A DNA stretch of 64,000 bases from Obrimoposthia wandeli (Eukaryota). Location: assembly GCA_977020255.1 (NCBI GenBank), contig CDROCS010002357.1, positions 1 through 64,000 of the forward strand. The letters are read 5' to 3'. Below, piece by piece: positions 1 to 9,371 of this stretch. The first letter of the stretch is position 1. Each line of letters begins with the position of its first letter. The translations under genes and the position numbers were made by a program. The notes under the pieces were generated by a model. The model was given only the letters and a program-made list of their open reading frames with translations, did not search any database and had not been told where the DNA came from.

Positions 1-1
1 G

Positions 2-862
2 TATAAAGAAACGATATTAGATGGGAAGTGGCAGCAAAACCGTATTGTTGGCGAAGTAAAAAGCCGTAGTAGTTTTTATCAATCAGCTGTTGCTCTTGGT
101 TTACCCGCAAATGACGTTTCAGTGATTGGACGATTGTTGAAATCGAAAATCGATTTTGCTCGAAGCACTAAGGCAGGCGATAAGTTTCAGATAATTCTCT
201 CGAGTCAATATGTGGGAGATAAAGCGACAGGTAACACTAAGGTTGAAGGTGTGCGCTTTTTTAACCGTAACAAAGTATATTCTGCGTTTGCATACAAAGG
301 GAATTATTTTGACAGTAAAGGGGAAGGATTAGAAAAAGCCTTTACCCGATACCCTTTGAAAGCTAACTATCGAATTTCTTCAAACTTCAATCCTCGTCGC
401 AGACACCCTATTACGAAGTTAATAAGGCCACATAACGGTACTGATTTTGCAGTAGCTACAGGTACTTCAGTATATTCTCCTGGTGATGGTATTGTGAAAA
501 GAGTAGTGAGGCATAAATACGCAGGTCTTTATATTGAATTACAGCATAGTTATAAATATCGTACCCGTTTTTTGCATCTGAGCAAATCGTTAGTGACTAA
601 AGGACAGCGTATAAAGCGCGGGCAAAAAATAGCACTTAGTGGTAATACCGGGGCTTCAACAGGTGCTCACCTGCACTATGAATTCCATGTGAATAAAAAA
701 CCGATTAATGCTATGGGTAGTAAAGTGCCAGTTGCAATTGGTGTTGATCGAAATTCGATGCTTGCTTATAAAAGGCGAGTAAAAGGTTTAATTATAATGA
801 TGGAAGGTGAAAACTTAACCGAAGCTAATAGAAGTTTAACTAATAAACAGCCTAAAGGTTAA
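2..862 (+). CDS. M23-family murein DD-endopeptidase (MepM/OapA-like), 5'-truncated by the window edge
   Basis: Frame is open from base 2 (YKETILDGKW...). M23 motifs HNGTDF and HLHYEF present. Confidence 0.88.
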   Translation, partial: YKETILDGKWQQNRIVGEVKSRSSFYQSAVALGLPANDVSVIGRLLKSKIDFARSTKAGDKFQIILSSQYVGDKATGNTKVEGVRFFNRNKVYSAFAYKGNYFDSKGEGLEKAFTRYPLKANYRISSNFNPRRRHPITKLIRPHNGTDFAVATGTSVYSPGDGIVKRVVRHKYAGLYIELQHSYKYRTRFLHLSKSLVTKGQRIKRGQKIALSGNTGASTGAHLHYEFHVNKKPINAMGSKVPVAIGVDRNSMLAYKRRVKGLIIMMEGENLTEANRSLTNKQPKG

Positions 863-885
863 TCATTTACTAAAAGGAAAAAATT

Positions 886-1917
886 TTGGATTATTTACAG
901 CGAGTTTGGTTTGGATTTTGGGATAGTGTAGGAAGTGCTTTTCAGTTAAGTAAAATCGTAAAAATACTGATTTCTATCATTGTATTTTATGTAGTGATTT
1001 CACTAGGGCTTGCTATATATTGGAGCAATACGCCTTCAATTGATTTATCGGTAAAGGTAGAGCAAAAAAGTGAAGTTAAGGTGCCCGGTTTACAGAGTAT
1101 CGATGCTCTTATTCAAATATCTGAAACCTTGATGAACAAGCCAGGAGGCTACCTCAGTAATGACAAAACCTTACCGGGTGTTTGGATGGATAATATGCCG
1201 CGTTGGGAGTTTGGTGTATTAGTACAAGCAAGGGATATGGCAAGGTCAATGCGTAAAGACTTTAGCCGTTCACAATCGCAGTCAACTGAAGATGTTGATT
1301 TAAGTAATGCAGAGCCTAGATTGAATTTTAACAATGATAGTTGGTTGTTTCCATCAACTGAAGGTGAGTATACGAAAGCGATAGAATACTTACAAAGCTA
1401 TCGCAAAAGATTACAAGACCCTGCTGTGCAAGATGCTCAATTTTACACACGTGCTGATAATTTGAGCAACTGGCTGGGCAACGTTAGTACGCGTTTAGGT
1501 AGCTTATCGCAGCGCTTAAGTGCCAGTGTTGGTCAACGACGTATCAATACTGATTTAGCCGGTGATGCTGAAGCTGTGCAATCCACAGCGAGTAGCCAAA
1601 TGCTAGAAGTAAAAACGCCTTGGCATAAAATTGATGACGTTTTTTATGAGGCTCGCGGGTCCGCTTGGGCATTGATTCAATTATTGAAAGCTATTGATCA
1701 AGATTTTGCAGCGGTATTAGAAAAAAAGAATGCTCGTATTAGTTTATTGCAAATTATACGCGAGCTAGAATCTACGCAAGGGTTTATTTGGAGTCCGCTC
1801 ATTTTAAATGGCTCTGAGTTTGGGCTTTGGGCTAACCATTCACTGGTAATGTCTTCGTATATCACTCGTGCCAATGCAGCCATAATCGATTTAAGAAAAT
1901 TGCTAACACAAGGTTGA
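886..1917 (+). CDS. DUF2333-family membrane-anchored protein
   Basis: N-terminal TM helix; family-like segments GGYLSND, DNMPRWEFGVL, DDVFYEARG, NHSLVM. TTG start. Confidence 0.75.
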   Translation: MDYLQRVWFGFWDSVGSAFQLSKIVKILISIIVFYVVISLGLAIYWSNTPSIDLSVKVEQKSEVKVPGLQSIDALIQISETLMNKPGGYLSNDKTLPGVWMDNMPRWEFGVLVQARDMARSMRKDFSRSQSQSTEDVDLSNAEPRLNFNNDSWLFPSTEGEYTKAIEYLQSYRKRLQDPAVQDAQFYTRADNLSNWLGNVSTRLGSLSQRLSASVGQRRINTDLAGDAEAVQSTASSQMLEVKTPWHKIDDVFYEARGSAWALIQLLKAIDQDFAAVLEKKNARISLLQIIRELESTQGFIWSPLILNGSEFGLWANHSLVMSSYITRANAAIIDLRKLLTQG

Positions 1918-2218
1918 TTGTTTTAGTAAAAGTTAGCGCTGTCCGCTTTGGTTTTTGTTGCTCAGTAGCTCGTAGGCTTTACGTTAGCGATATTTCGTTA
2001 GTGAGTGTCTGCAGATAATCATAAATCAGAGGATTTATGCTTTTTAACAGGACAGTAAAGAACTAAAGTACAGTTTTTGTGACAATAATTATAAAAAGTC
2101 GGGTTTGAATCTATATTTAGAGCTAAATTTTGATCATTATTGGAATAAACTTTAACCGAAAGAATTAGATTAAATGCTGTTTGAATTTGAAAAACGGCGA
2201 CGAAAAGAGAGAGAATCA

Positions 2219-2845
2219 ATGAGCGTACATGAAATTAAACACCCACTAATTCAACATAAAATTGGTTTGATGAGATCAGCCACTATCAGTACACGCAGCT
2301 TTCGTCAGCTTGCTGGAGAAGTGGGCTGCCTGCTAACATATGAAGCGACTAAAAATTTAGAATTAGAAGAGTACAAGCTTGAAGGTTGGTGTGGTGAAAT
2401 CAGCGCTGAGCGTATCAAGGGTAAAAAAATCACAGCGGTCCCCATTCTTAGAGCAGGCTTGGGGATGTTAGATGGAGTGCTAGAATTAGTACCTAGTGCA
2501 AAAATATCTGTAGTGGGTTTGTATCGTGATGAAGAAACGTTAGAGCCTGTTCCGTATTTTGAAAAGTTAGCCCATGATATAGATGAGCGCTTAGCTTTAA
2601 TTGTTGACCCTATGCTAGCGACGGGTGGCTCTATGATCGCTACGATTGATATGCTAAAAAAAGCTGGGTGTAAAAGCATTAAAGCGTTAGTGTTAGTGGC
2701 GGCGCCTGAAGGCATTGCGAAAGTGCAAGAAGCGCATCCTGATGTTGATTTATATACAGCCGCAGTAGATAGTCACTTAAATGAGCAAGGATATATTATT
2801 CCAGGGCTAGGTGATGCTGGGGATAAAATTTTCGGTACAAAATAG
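2219..2845 (+). CDS. upp: uracil phosphoribosyltransferase
   Basis: [43 protein letters not shown]. Start moved to ATG 2219, downstream of a GAGAGA RBS-like tract. Confidence 0.97.
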   Translation: MSVHEIKHPLIQHKIGLMRSATISTRSFRQLAGEVGCLLTYEATKNLELEEYKLEGWCGEISAERIKGKKITAVPILRAGLGMLDGVLELVPSAKISVVGLYRDEETLEPVPYFEKLAHDIDERLALIVDPMLATGGSMIATIDMLKKAGCKSIKALVLVAAPEGIAKVQEAHPDVDLYTAAVDSHLNEQGYIIPGLGDAGDKIFGTK

Positions 2846-2852
2846 CTTGTAT

Positions 2853-2890
2853 GGCAATGGTTATTGAAAATTTGTTCAATAACCATTGCC
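2853..2890. terminator. bidirectional hairpin terminator between convergent upp and E2 genes
   Basis: Perfect 16-bp stem GGCAATGGTTATTGAA / TTCAATAACCATTGCC with a 6-nt loop. Confidence 0.8.
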
Positions 2891-2936
2891 TATTATTTAC
2901 ATTCCACTTAAGCATCTATTTCTTTTAGCGAAAAAT

Positions 2937-4202
2937 CTAAGTCGCTTCCCAGTTTTCAATGGTATCTACAAATTTAGTTAAAAACTTATTCGTTTGATAA
3001 GCGTCAAGAGCGCGGTGGTCTATGGATAAAGAAACATAGCACATAGGTTTTATAAGCATTGTATCGATACCTGCTATAGTCCTAACAACGACTCTTTTTT
3101 CCATTTTACCGACACCTAAAATAGCGACTTGCGGCTGGCTTATAATGATAGGCGTCGCCAACAAACTACCGCTGACTCCATAGTTTGAAATAGTAAATGT
3201 AGCACCTTGCATATCACTAGCTGTCAGTTTTCTTGCTCTGGCCTTTTGTGTTTGTTGGGTTAATGATGTTGCGATTTGAAATAAACTTAGCTGTTCGACC
3301 TCTCTAACAACCGGCACGACTAAGCCGCTATCTTCAAGAGCTGTGCCTACGCCGATATGCACAGATTTAAAAACTTCCAACCCATCATCATGGAATTGGC
3401 TATTTATTTGTGGGACTTCTTTAATCGCAATCGCACTAGCGGCTAAAAAATATGCACTAAAAGTAAGGTTAACTTCAGCGTCCAGGTAGCCCAATTTACG
3501 CGCCTGTCTATGGGCTATAATCGCACTTAGGTCCATTTCAAATACACTGGTAACATGAGGTGATGTTTCTAAAAGGCTCTCAACCATGTGTTTTGCTATA
3601 GAGTTTCTCATTGAGGTATGAGGAATAAAAGTTGATTCACTGGTAGAGGATGCAAGCTCATTTGCTTTACTATTCGAAGCCTTAGAGCTTGAAGTCGTTT
3701 GCAATGAAATATGTCGTTGCACATCTTTTTTGCTAATCCTTCCGTTTAGTCCTGTCCCTGCAACATCATCAGCGCAAATAGTGTATTGCGTAAGTAGTTT
3801 TTTAACCGCAGGACCAAGCAAGTGGCGTTTTGAAATATCATCTGGGTTGGGATCTGAAAATGAAGCGTGCGGTGTGTGGTAAAGCGTTTTAGTTTGTTCA
3901 AGTGAAGTGGTATCGAGTATTGGCCTCTGCTCGGAATCTTCACTAAAGGTAGTTTGTGCTAGAGGCAAAATTGTTGCAAGTAAGTCTCCGGGAGCTACTT
4001 TTTCTGCCAGTTTTGTATCGATACTTTGTACAATTCCCGTTAGTGTCGATGTGACTTCAATAGCTACTTTATCTGTTTCTAATTCTACAATAGGTTGATC
4101 TTTTAAAACTTTATCACCGACACTTACAAGCCAATTCGAAACAGTCGCTTGCGTACCTTCTAGTTGCTCTGCTTCGAGTATGATATTGGTAGTGTTTTGC
4201 AT
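2937..4202 (-). CDS. 2-oxo-acid dehydrogenase E2 (dihydrolipoamide acyltransferase)
   Basis: Lipoyl motif ETDKV, E3-binding domain (GPAVKKL...GTGLNGRISKKDV), catalytic DHRALD. Confidence 0.93.
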   Translation of the reverse strand: MQNTTNIILEAEQLEGTQATVSNWLVSVGDKVLKDQPIVELETDKVAIEVTSTLTGIVQSIDTKLAEKVAPGDLLATILPLAQTTFSEDSEQRPILDTTSLEQTKTLYHTPHASFSDPNPDDISKRHLLGPAVKKLLTQYTICADDVAGTGLNGRISKKDVQRHISLQTTSSSKASNSKANELASSTSESTFIPHTSMRNSIAKHMVESLLETSPHVTSVFEMDLSAIIAHRQARKLGYLDAEVNLTFSAYFLAASAIAIKEVPQINSQFHDDGLEVFKSVHIGVGTALEDSGLVVPVVREVEQLSLFQIATSLTQQTQKARARKLTASDMQGATFTISNYGVSGSLLATPIIISQPQVAILGVGKMEKRVVVRTIAGIDTMLIKPMCYVSLSIDHRALDAYQTNKFLTKFVDTIENWEAT

Positions 4203-4378
4203 GTTGAATCCTGTTGTAATATTTTGATGATTAAGAGTGGGTATCTGGCTGATATAAAAAAGTATTACTGATTACTTAAAAAGCGTAGAAAATAGGCTTA
4301 ATTCATTTCAGTGTTGGCCTTACTAAAAAGCTTTAACCGTCAATGAATTAAGAGTAATACTTGCTAAACGCAGTGTCA

Positions 4379-6460
4379 TTAGCAAGCAAGTAATTCGCTG
4401 ATTTGTGCGCTTATGCTGTCAACGCTTGGTAGTGCTCGCTCTAATAGATGTATATTGTGAGCACTTGGGATATCAGGAGAAGCTAATCTTTTGATAGGAG
4501 CGTCGAGTTCAAAAAATAACTCGTCACTAAGACATGCTGCAATTTCTGCTCCAAAGCCTGCTGTTTTGTTATCTTCGTGAACAATTAGGCATTTACCTGT
4601 TTTAGTAACAGAAGTGAGTACTGCTTCTTTATCCCAAGGCATCAAAGTTCGTAAGTCAATTAGTTCAATGTCATTGGTATATTGTTGAGCCGCTATTTCA
4701 CAACGTTCTACCATTGCTCCCCAAGTGACGATAGTTAATTTGTCTCCTTGGATAAGCGTTTTAGCTACCCCAAATTCGATTACAAAATCATCTCCAGGAT
4801 ATGGACGTCTTGACCAAGGGTTGTCGAGAAGTGCACGGTGCTCAAAGAAGATAGTTGGGTTGTTATCACGCAGTGCAAAGCGCAATAAGCCCACCGCATC
4901 TGCAGCATTAGAGGGCATTGCAACTTGCCAACCTACCTTATGCACCCATTCAACTTCATCACTCATTGAGTGCCACGGATCACCTCTTCTTGCATAGCCA
5001 CCGGGCATTCTAATGACCATAGGTGCAGCAAACTGATTGTTAGTTCTCCAGCGCATAATACCGGTATCAGATATTTGCTCAGCAGCGGGCTCTGCATATT
5101 TTCTAAATTGAATTTCAGGAACAGGCATCAAACCTGATAATGCTAAGCCAATTGAGCGACCGATGATTCCCTCTTCAGAGAGGCTAGTATCAAACACGCG
5201 ATTTTGACCATATTTGTTATGTAAGTCCAAAGTTGCTCCATGAACGCCACCTTTAGCACCTACATCTTCGCCAAAAACTAACACTTTCGGGTTAGTTTTA
5301 AGCTCAAAATCTAAAGTCTTTCTAATCGCTGCCTGCATATTCTGTCTAGGTCCAGTGGGCGTCGGTTGTAACGAATGCGCTGGAAATGTATGTTTGGAGC
5401 TGTGCAAGCCGCCGCGTAATTGCAGATTGTCAGCTTCTGCAAAAATAAAATCAGTCAGAGACGCGGGGTTGGGTTCGCTTCGCAGCTTTGCATTAGCAAC
5501 TGCAAGCCGGACACTTTGTTTAGTGTCGTCGATTAATTGTTGCCACTGCTGAGGGTTGATAATGTTTTTGGCACGTAAGAATGCTTTGAGCTTAGGTAAT
5601 GGATCGTTTTCTTGATCTTCAGCAATTAAGTGTGCAGGCTTATAAGTTTGTGTATCTTGAAATGTATGGCCGCATAATCTAGGTACTTTTAAGCGTAATA
5701 AACAGCAACCTTTGCCACTGCGTACGTGGGAAACTGCTTGGGCAATTAGGTCTGGTGTGGTGTAAGGATCAGTGCCATCGCCATCGACAATAAGTAAATT
5801 TTTATACGCTGCCAAATTGGCAACTTGATCGCCGCCTGGCGTTTGTACGGATTGAGGAACTGAAATTCCGTAACCGTTATCTTCAATGTAAAATAAGTGA
5901 GGTAAATTATTGGTAGTGCTGATATTTAAAGCCGCCCAAAAACCGCTGGTGGACATGGAGGAATCGCCTCCCATAGAGAGGCCAATAGCGCCTTGATAGC
6001 TGCTGTCTTGTAGCTCATCACGATGATAAACAATAGACTGAGCCCATCCTGATATAGGACTGTATTGTGCGCCAACACCACCACACATTGGAAATAACAT
6101 AGCGCCTTGTTCTTTGGTGTTTGGGTAATTACAAACAACACCTATATCACGACCATCACTATAGCTACCAGATTTGGCCATAGGAGCGGCAATAGCATCT
6201 TCTAAATCTAAACCTAAAGATAAAACAAATGGCCGAGAGCGATAATAACCTGTGGCTGCATCTTTAGGGTGGTTCATCATGAGGCCTAATAGAATTTGCG
6301 CAAAATCATGACCACGAGCGGAAAACTGATTAAAAACTAATTTTTCAGGGACTAGTTCTGTTTCTTCTATGTCATCTATTGCTCGCGAAAGAAGTAGCAG
6401 TTCACTGGTTCTGTGCCAGTCGACTAAATAGTTAGTGGTGGTTAGCGTATCAAGTTTCAT
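4379..6460 (-). CDS. fused alpha/beta E1 of a 2-oxo-acid (probably branched-chain) dehydrogenase
   Basis: ThDP-binding GDSS...N segment, GHTFQD, and beta-subunit motifs VFGEDVG, FDTSLSEEGIIG, EIQF, DLRTL. Start taken at MKLDTL (6460). Confidence 0.9.
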   Translation of the reverse strand: MKLDTLTTTNYLVDWHRTSELLLLSRAIDDIEETELVPEKLVFNQFSARGHDFAQILLGLMMNHPKDAATGYYRSRPFVLSLGLDLEDAIAAPMAKSGSYSDGRDIGVVCNYPNTKEQGAMLFPMCGGVGAQYSPISGWAQSIVYHRDELQDSSYQGAIGLSMGGDSSMSTSGFWAALNISTTNNLPHLFYIEDNGYGISVPQSVQTPGGDQVANLAAYKNLLIVDGDGTDPYTTPDLIAQAVSHVRSGKGCCLLRLKVPRLCGHTFQDTQTYKPAHLIAEDQENDPLPKLKAFLRAKNIINPQQWQQLIDDTKQSVRLAVANAKLRSEPNPASLTDFIFAEADNLQLRGGLHSSKHTFPAHSLQPTPTGPRQNMQAAIRKTLDFELKTNPKVLVFGEDVGAKGGVHGATLDLHNKYGQNRVFDTSLSEEGIIGRSIGLALSGLMPVPEIQFRKYAEPAAEQISDTGIMRWRTNNQFAAPMVIRMPGGYARRGDPWHSMSDEVEWVHKVGWQVAMPSNAADAVGLLRFALRDNNPTIFFEHRALLDNPWSRRPYPGDDFVIEFGVAKTLIQGDKLTIVTWGAMVERCEIAAQQYTNDIELIDLRTLMPWDKEAVLTSVTKTGKCLIVHEDNKTAGFGAEIAACLSDELFFELDAPIKRLASPDIPSAHNIHLLERALPSVDSISAQISELLAC

Positions 6461-6745
6461 TGGAGCCCTTATTGTTATAGTAGCAGTCAATAAATGATAC
6501 AAAAAAAGTATTGAAATTATCTTGTTATTTCTTTTAAATAATATGATGAAATTGAAATTAAATTGTAAAAATGTAACTAATTGAGCATTATTATTTTATT
6601 ATGAATGACGTCAATATAAAAATCATCAAACATAGATGGCTGCTTTGTAAGTTTATAGCTAGATAACAGTGCAAACCGTAAAGGAGTTTAAGTTTAAACT
6701 AGATATTACAAAAGCTATGATAAAGAAGGCTGGATAAGGAAAGAT

Positions 6746-7252
6746 ATGAAAGAAGTGAATGCATTAGATAAAACTGATTTGGCAATGTTGGCGTTATTAC
6801 AAGAAAATGGCCGCATGACAAATCAAGAGCTGGCGGATAAGGTAAACCTAACATCAGCACCTTGTTTGCGGCGTTTAAAGAGGTTAGAAACAGACCAAAT
6901 TATTGAACGCTATGTGGCAATTCTTAATCGAGAAGCAATATCTTTAGATGTAATGGCGTTAGTGAGTGTTTCCCTTAATTCCTACTCGGATGATGAGATT
7001 GTTGAGTTTGAGAGTTTTATTGCTAATAATCAAAACATAACAGAGTGCTATTCAGTATCGGGTGAGTACGATTTCTTTTTGAAAATAGTCGCGAGCAACA
7101 TTGCTGAAATAGAAAATATACTCTTAAAGAAGCTGCTGCGTTTGAGTATTGTTAGAACAGCAACGACCAACTTTGTGTTAGGTCAGAGGAAAAATACCAC
7201 TGCATTACCAATATATAATGAGATGAGCTCTGTACATAAGCAGTTACTTTAA
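6746..7252 (+). CDS. Lrp/AsnC-family regulator, divergent from the E1-E2 operon (BkdR-like position)
   Basis: LDKTDLAMLALLQENGRMTNQELA HTH; C-terminal SGEYDFFLK. Confidence 0.92.
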   Translation: MKEVNALDKTDLAMLALLQENGRMTNQELADKVNLTSAPCLRRLKRLETDQIIERYVAILNREAISLDVMALVSVSLNSYSDDEIVEFESFIANNQNITECYSVSGEYDFFLKIVASNIAEIENILLKKLLRLSIVRTATTNFVLGQRKNTTALPIYNEMSSVHKQLL

Positions 7253-7431
7253 GCGGGGGGAGTCCAAGTATTAAATTTATTGTGGATAGAGTTAAACTTA
7301 CTAATTGGCAATAAAGCGCTATTTATATGATGATTTAAGTTTATAAAGTTACAGTCAATCTTTAGCGCTATCCACAGCTTTTGCTAAGTGTTAAATTGGT
7401 ATTTTAATTGTTTAATTAAGTAGTTTATATT

Positions 7432-8253
7432 TTGATTCAAAAAAACAAAGCACGCCCAGGCCGTCCTGTTATTAACAAAAAAAACAGCGGTCAAGTCCAG
7501 TCGTTGTATCGTGGTTTAGCACTATTAGAAAAAATAGCAGATGCGCAATCGGGCATTTTATTAACAGATTTAGCTGAGCAATTAGATTTACCCGCCTCCA
7601 CGACACACAGGCTACTTAATACCCTAGAAGGGCAGGGGTTTGTAAGAAGGGAGCCTGCGCAAGAGCTATGGTTTATTGGTACCACAGGTTTTAAAATTGG
7701 GAATGCTTTTTTAGCGAGCCGTGACTTTGTTAGACAGGCCGAGTCCTTTATGCAGGAATTAGTCGCTGAGGTGGGTGAAACTTCAAACCTATCAATTCTA
7801 CAAAATGGGCAAGCATTGATCATCGCGCAACAGCAATGTAATGAAATGATGCGGATGATGGTGCCTTTAGGTAGTTGCTCACCTTTACATGCTTCTGGAG
7901 TAGGTAAAGCAATTATGGCGGCGCTGCCGCGGATTGAACGTGACCACCAAGTGGCACAATTAACTTTGCAAAGCATTACACCCTGGACGGTAACGAGTAA
8001 AGATGAGCTTACACAACATTTATCTCAAACAGCAGAGCAACAATGGGCGTTTGATGATCAAGAGCATGCAGTGGGTTTGCGTTGTGTTGCAGCTTGTTTA
8101 TATGATGAAAAAAGTTACCCTTTAGCCGCTATATCTGTATCCGGCCCACTGGCGCGTATTGATGATAAAAGGGTGATGTTACTAGGTGAAAAAGTTAAGC
8201 AAACAGCAATGCTCATTACCGACTTTATTGGCGGGAAGTGGCCTTCAAAGTAA
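7432..8253 (+). CDS. iclR: IclR-family regulator (IclR/AllR/BhcR glyoxylate-sensing branch)
   Basis: GQVQSLYRGL, STTHRLL, GETSNL, PLHASGVGKA closely follow E. coli IclR as recalled. Confidence 0.8.
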   Translation: MIQKNKARPGRPVINKKNSGQVQSLYRGLALLEKIADAQSGILLTDLAEQLDLPASTTHRLLNTLEGQGFVRREPAQELWFIGTTGFKIGNAFLASRDFVRQAESFMQELVAEVGETSNLSILQNGQALIIAQQQCNEMMRMMVPLGSCSPLHASGVGKAIMAALPRIERDHQVAQLTLQSITPWTVTSKDELTQHLSQTAEQQWAFDDQEHAVGLRCVAACLYDEKSYPLAAISVSGPLARIDDKRVMLLGEKVKQTAMLITDFIGGKWPSK

Positions 8254-8340
8254 GGAAGATTAAATCTTCTGCTAGATGGCAGGAGCTTTTAAACAAGTAA
8301 AAAAACCGACAATTAAAGTGATTATCGGCTCGCTTAAAAA

Positions 8341-8388
8341 AAGAGTAAAAATAACCTACGCCTTGCAGGCGTAGATTTTATTTTTACT
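8341..8388. terminator. bidirectional terminator between iclR and eda, interrupted by a MITE
   Basis: CTACGCC-TTGCA-GGCGTAG stem flanked by A and T tracts. Removing the MITE restores AAGAGTAAAAATAA/TTATTTTTACTCTT pairing. Confidence 0.8.
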
Positions 8389-8647
8389 CATTGCTGTCCG
8401 GTTAAAAAGTGTAAGCTCTCTAATTCATTGATTTGTGGTTTTCTAGCATAGTTAGTTCCCATCCAGAAACAGATGCCTACTGCGACCGGCTCACTGGATC
8501 AATCTGAGCACCACTAGATATAGTTATTTGGAATGACCAAACGCCCATATCTAGTAGCACACATCTTGAACGCTCAGCCAAAAATTCTTTTGGTTAGCGC
8601 AAAATCAATGAATTAAAGAGTAACAAAAATTAAACCGGACACTAATG
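8389..8647. mobile_element. 259-bp non-autonomous IS4-family MITE
   Basis: Ends CATTGCTGTCCGGTT...AACCGGACACTAATG resemble the ends of the IS at 35663-36944. Direct repeat ATTTTTACT at 8380-8388 and 8648-8656. No ORF in the track. Confidence 0.85.
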
Positions 8648-8704
8648 ATTTTTACTCTTAAGTAAGTGCAATACAGGATGAGGTAATAGTTAAAGCAGTA
8701 GCGT

Positions 8705-9358
8705 TTAGTTTTGATAGCAATTGTTTAAGCTCTCTTTTACTATTTGAGTGATTGCTGGCCAATCTTGTTGTTCTATTAGCGCTTTAGGTGAAAGCCATGA
8801 ACCCCCAACACACATAACGTTATCTAAAGATAAAAAATGCTGCGCATTTTCTTGGGTAATGCCACCTGTTGGGCAAAACCTTACCTGTTCAAAAGGGCCT
8901 TGTAAGGCTTTTAGCATAGGATACGAGCCAGCAGCTTGTGCAGGAAAAAACTTACAACGAGAGTACCCCAGTTCAAGTGCTTGCATTAGTTCTGATGCAC
9001 TGCTGATACCTGGTAGTAAAGGTACTTTGTTATCTTGACCTTTAAGTAATAAATTGTGTGTGATGCCAGGGCTTATAACTAAGGTTGCCCCTGCATCAAT
9101 AGCTTGTTGATATTGATCAGGATTAACAATGGTACCAGCCGCGACCTTCATTTGAGGAAGCTCTTGAGCAATCAGCTGTATTGCTTTTAAAGCTGCTTTG
9201 GTTCTAAGTGTTATTTCAATAACGCCTATTCCGCCCGCTAATAAAGCTCTTGCTAGAGGAATTGCATCTTTAGCTGAATCTATAGCGACCACTGGAATAA
9301 TTGGCGATTGAGTACAAAAACTATCAATCAGTGAGACGTTTTGTCTATCAGTTTGCAT
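8705..9358 (-). CDS. eda: KDPG/KHG aldolase
   Basis: IEITLRT, AAGTI, ISPG, KFFPA, FCPTGGI, VGGSWL. Confidence 0.96.
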   Translation of the reverse strand: MQTDRQNVSLIDSFCTQSPIIPVVAIDSAKDAIPLARALLAGGIGVIEITLRTKAALKAIQLIAQELPQMKVAAGTIVNPDQYQQAIDAGATLVISPGITHNLLLKGQDNKVPLLPGISSASELMQALELGYSRCKFFPAQAAGSYPMLKALQGPFEQVRFCPTGGITQENAQHFLSLDNVMCVGGSWLSPKALIEQQDWPAITQIVKESLNNCYQN

Positions 9359-9371
9359 TATATTACATCTC

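Noticed and set aside
2019-2219. 66-aa minus-strand ORF upstream of upp
   Set aside because: Overlaps the upp promoter/start region and has no protein-like features.
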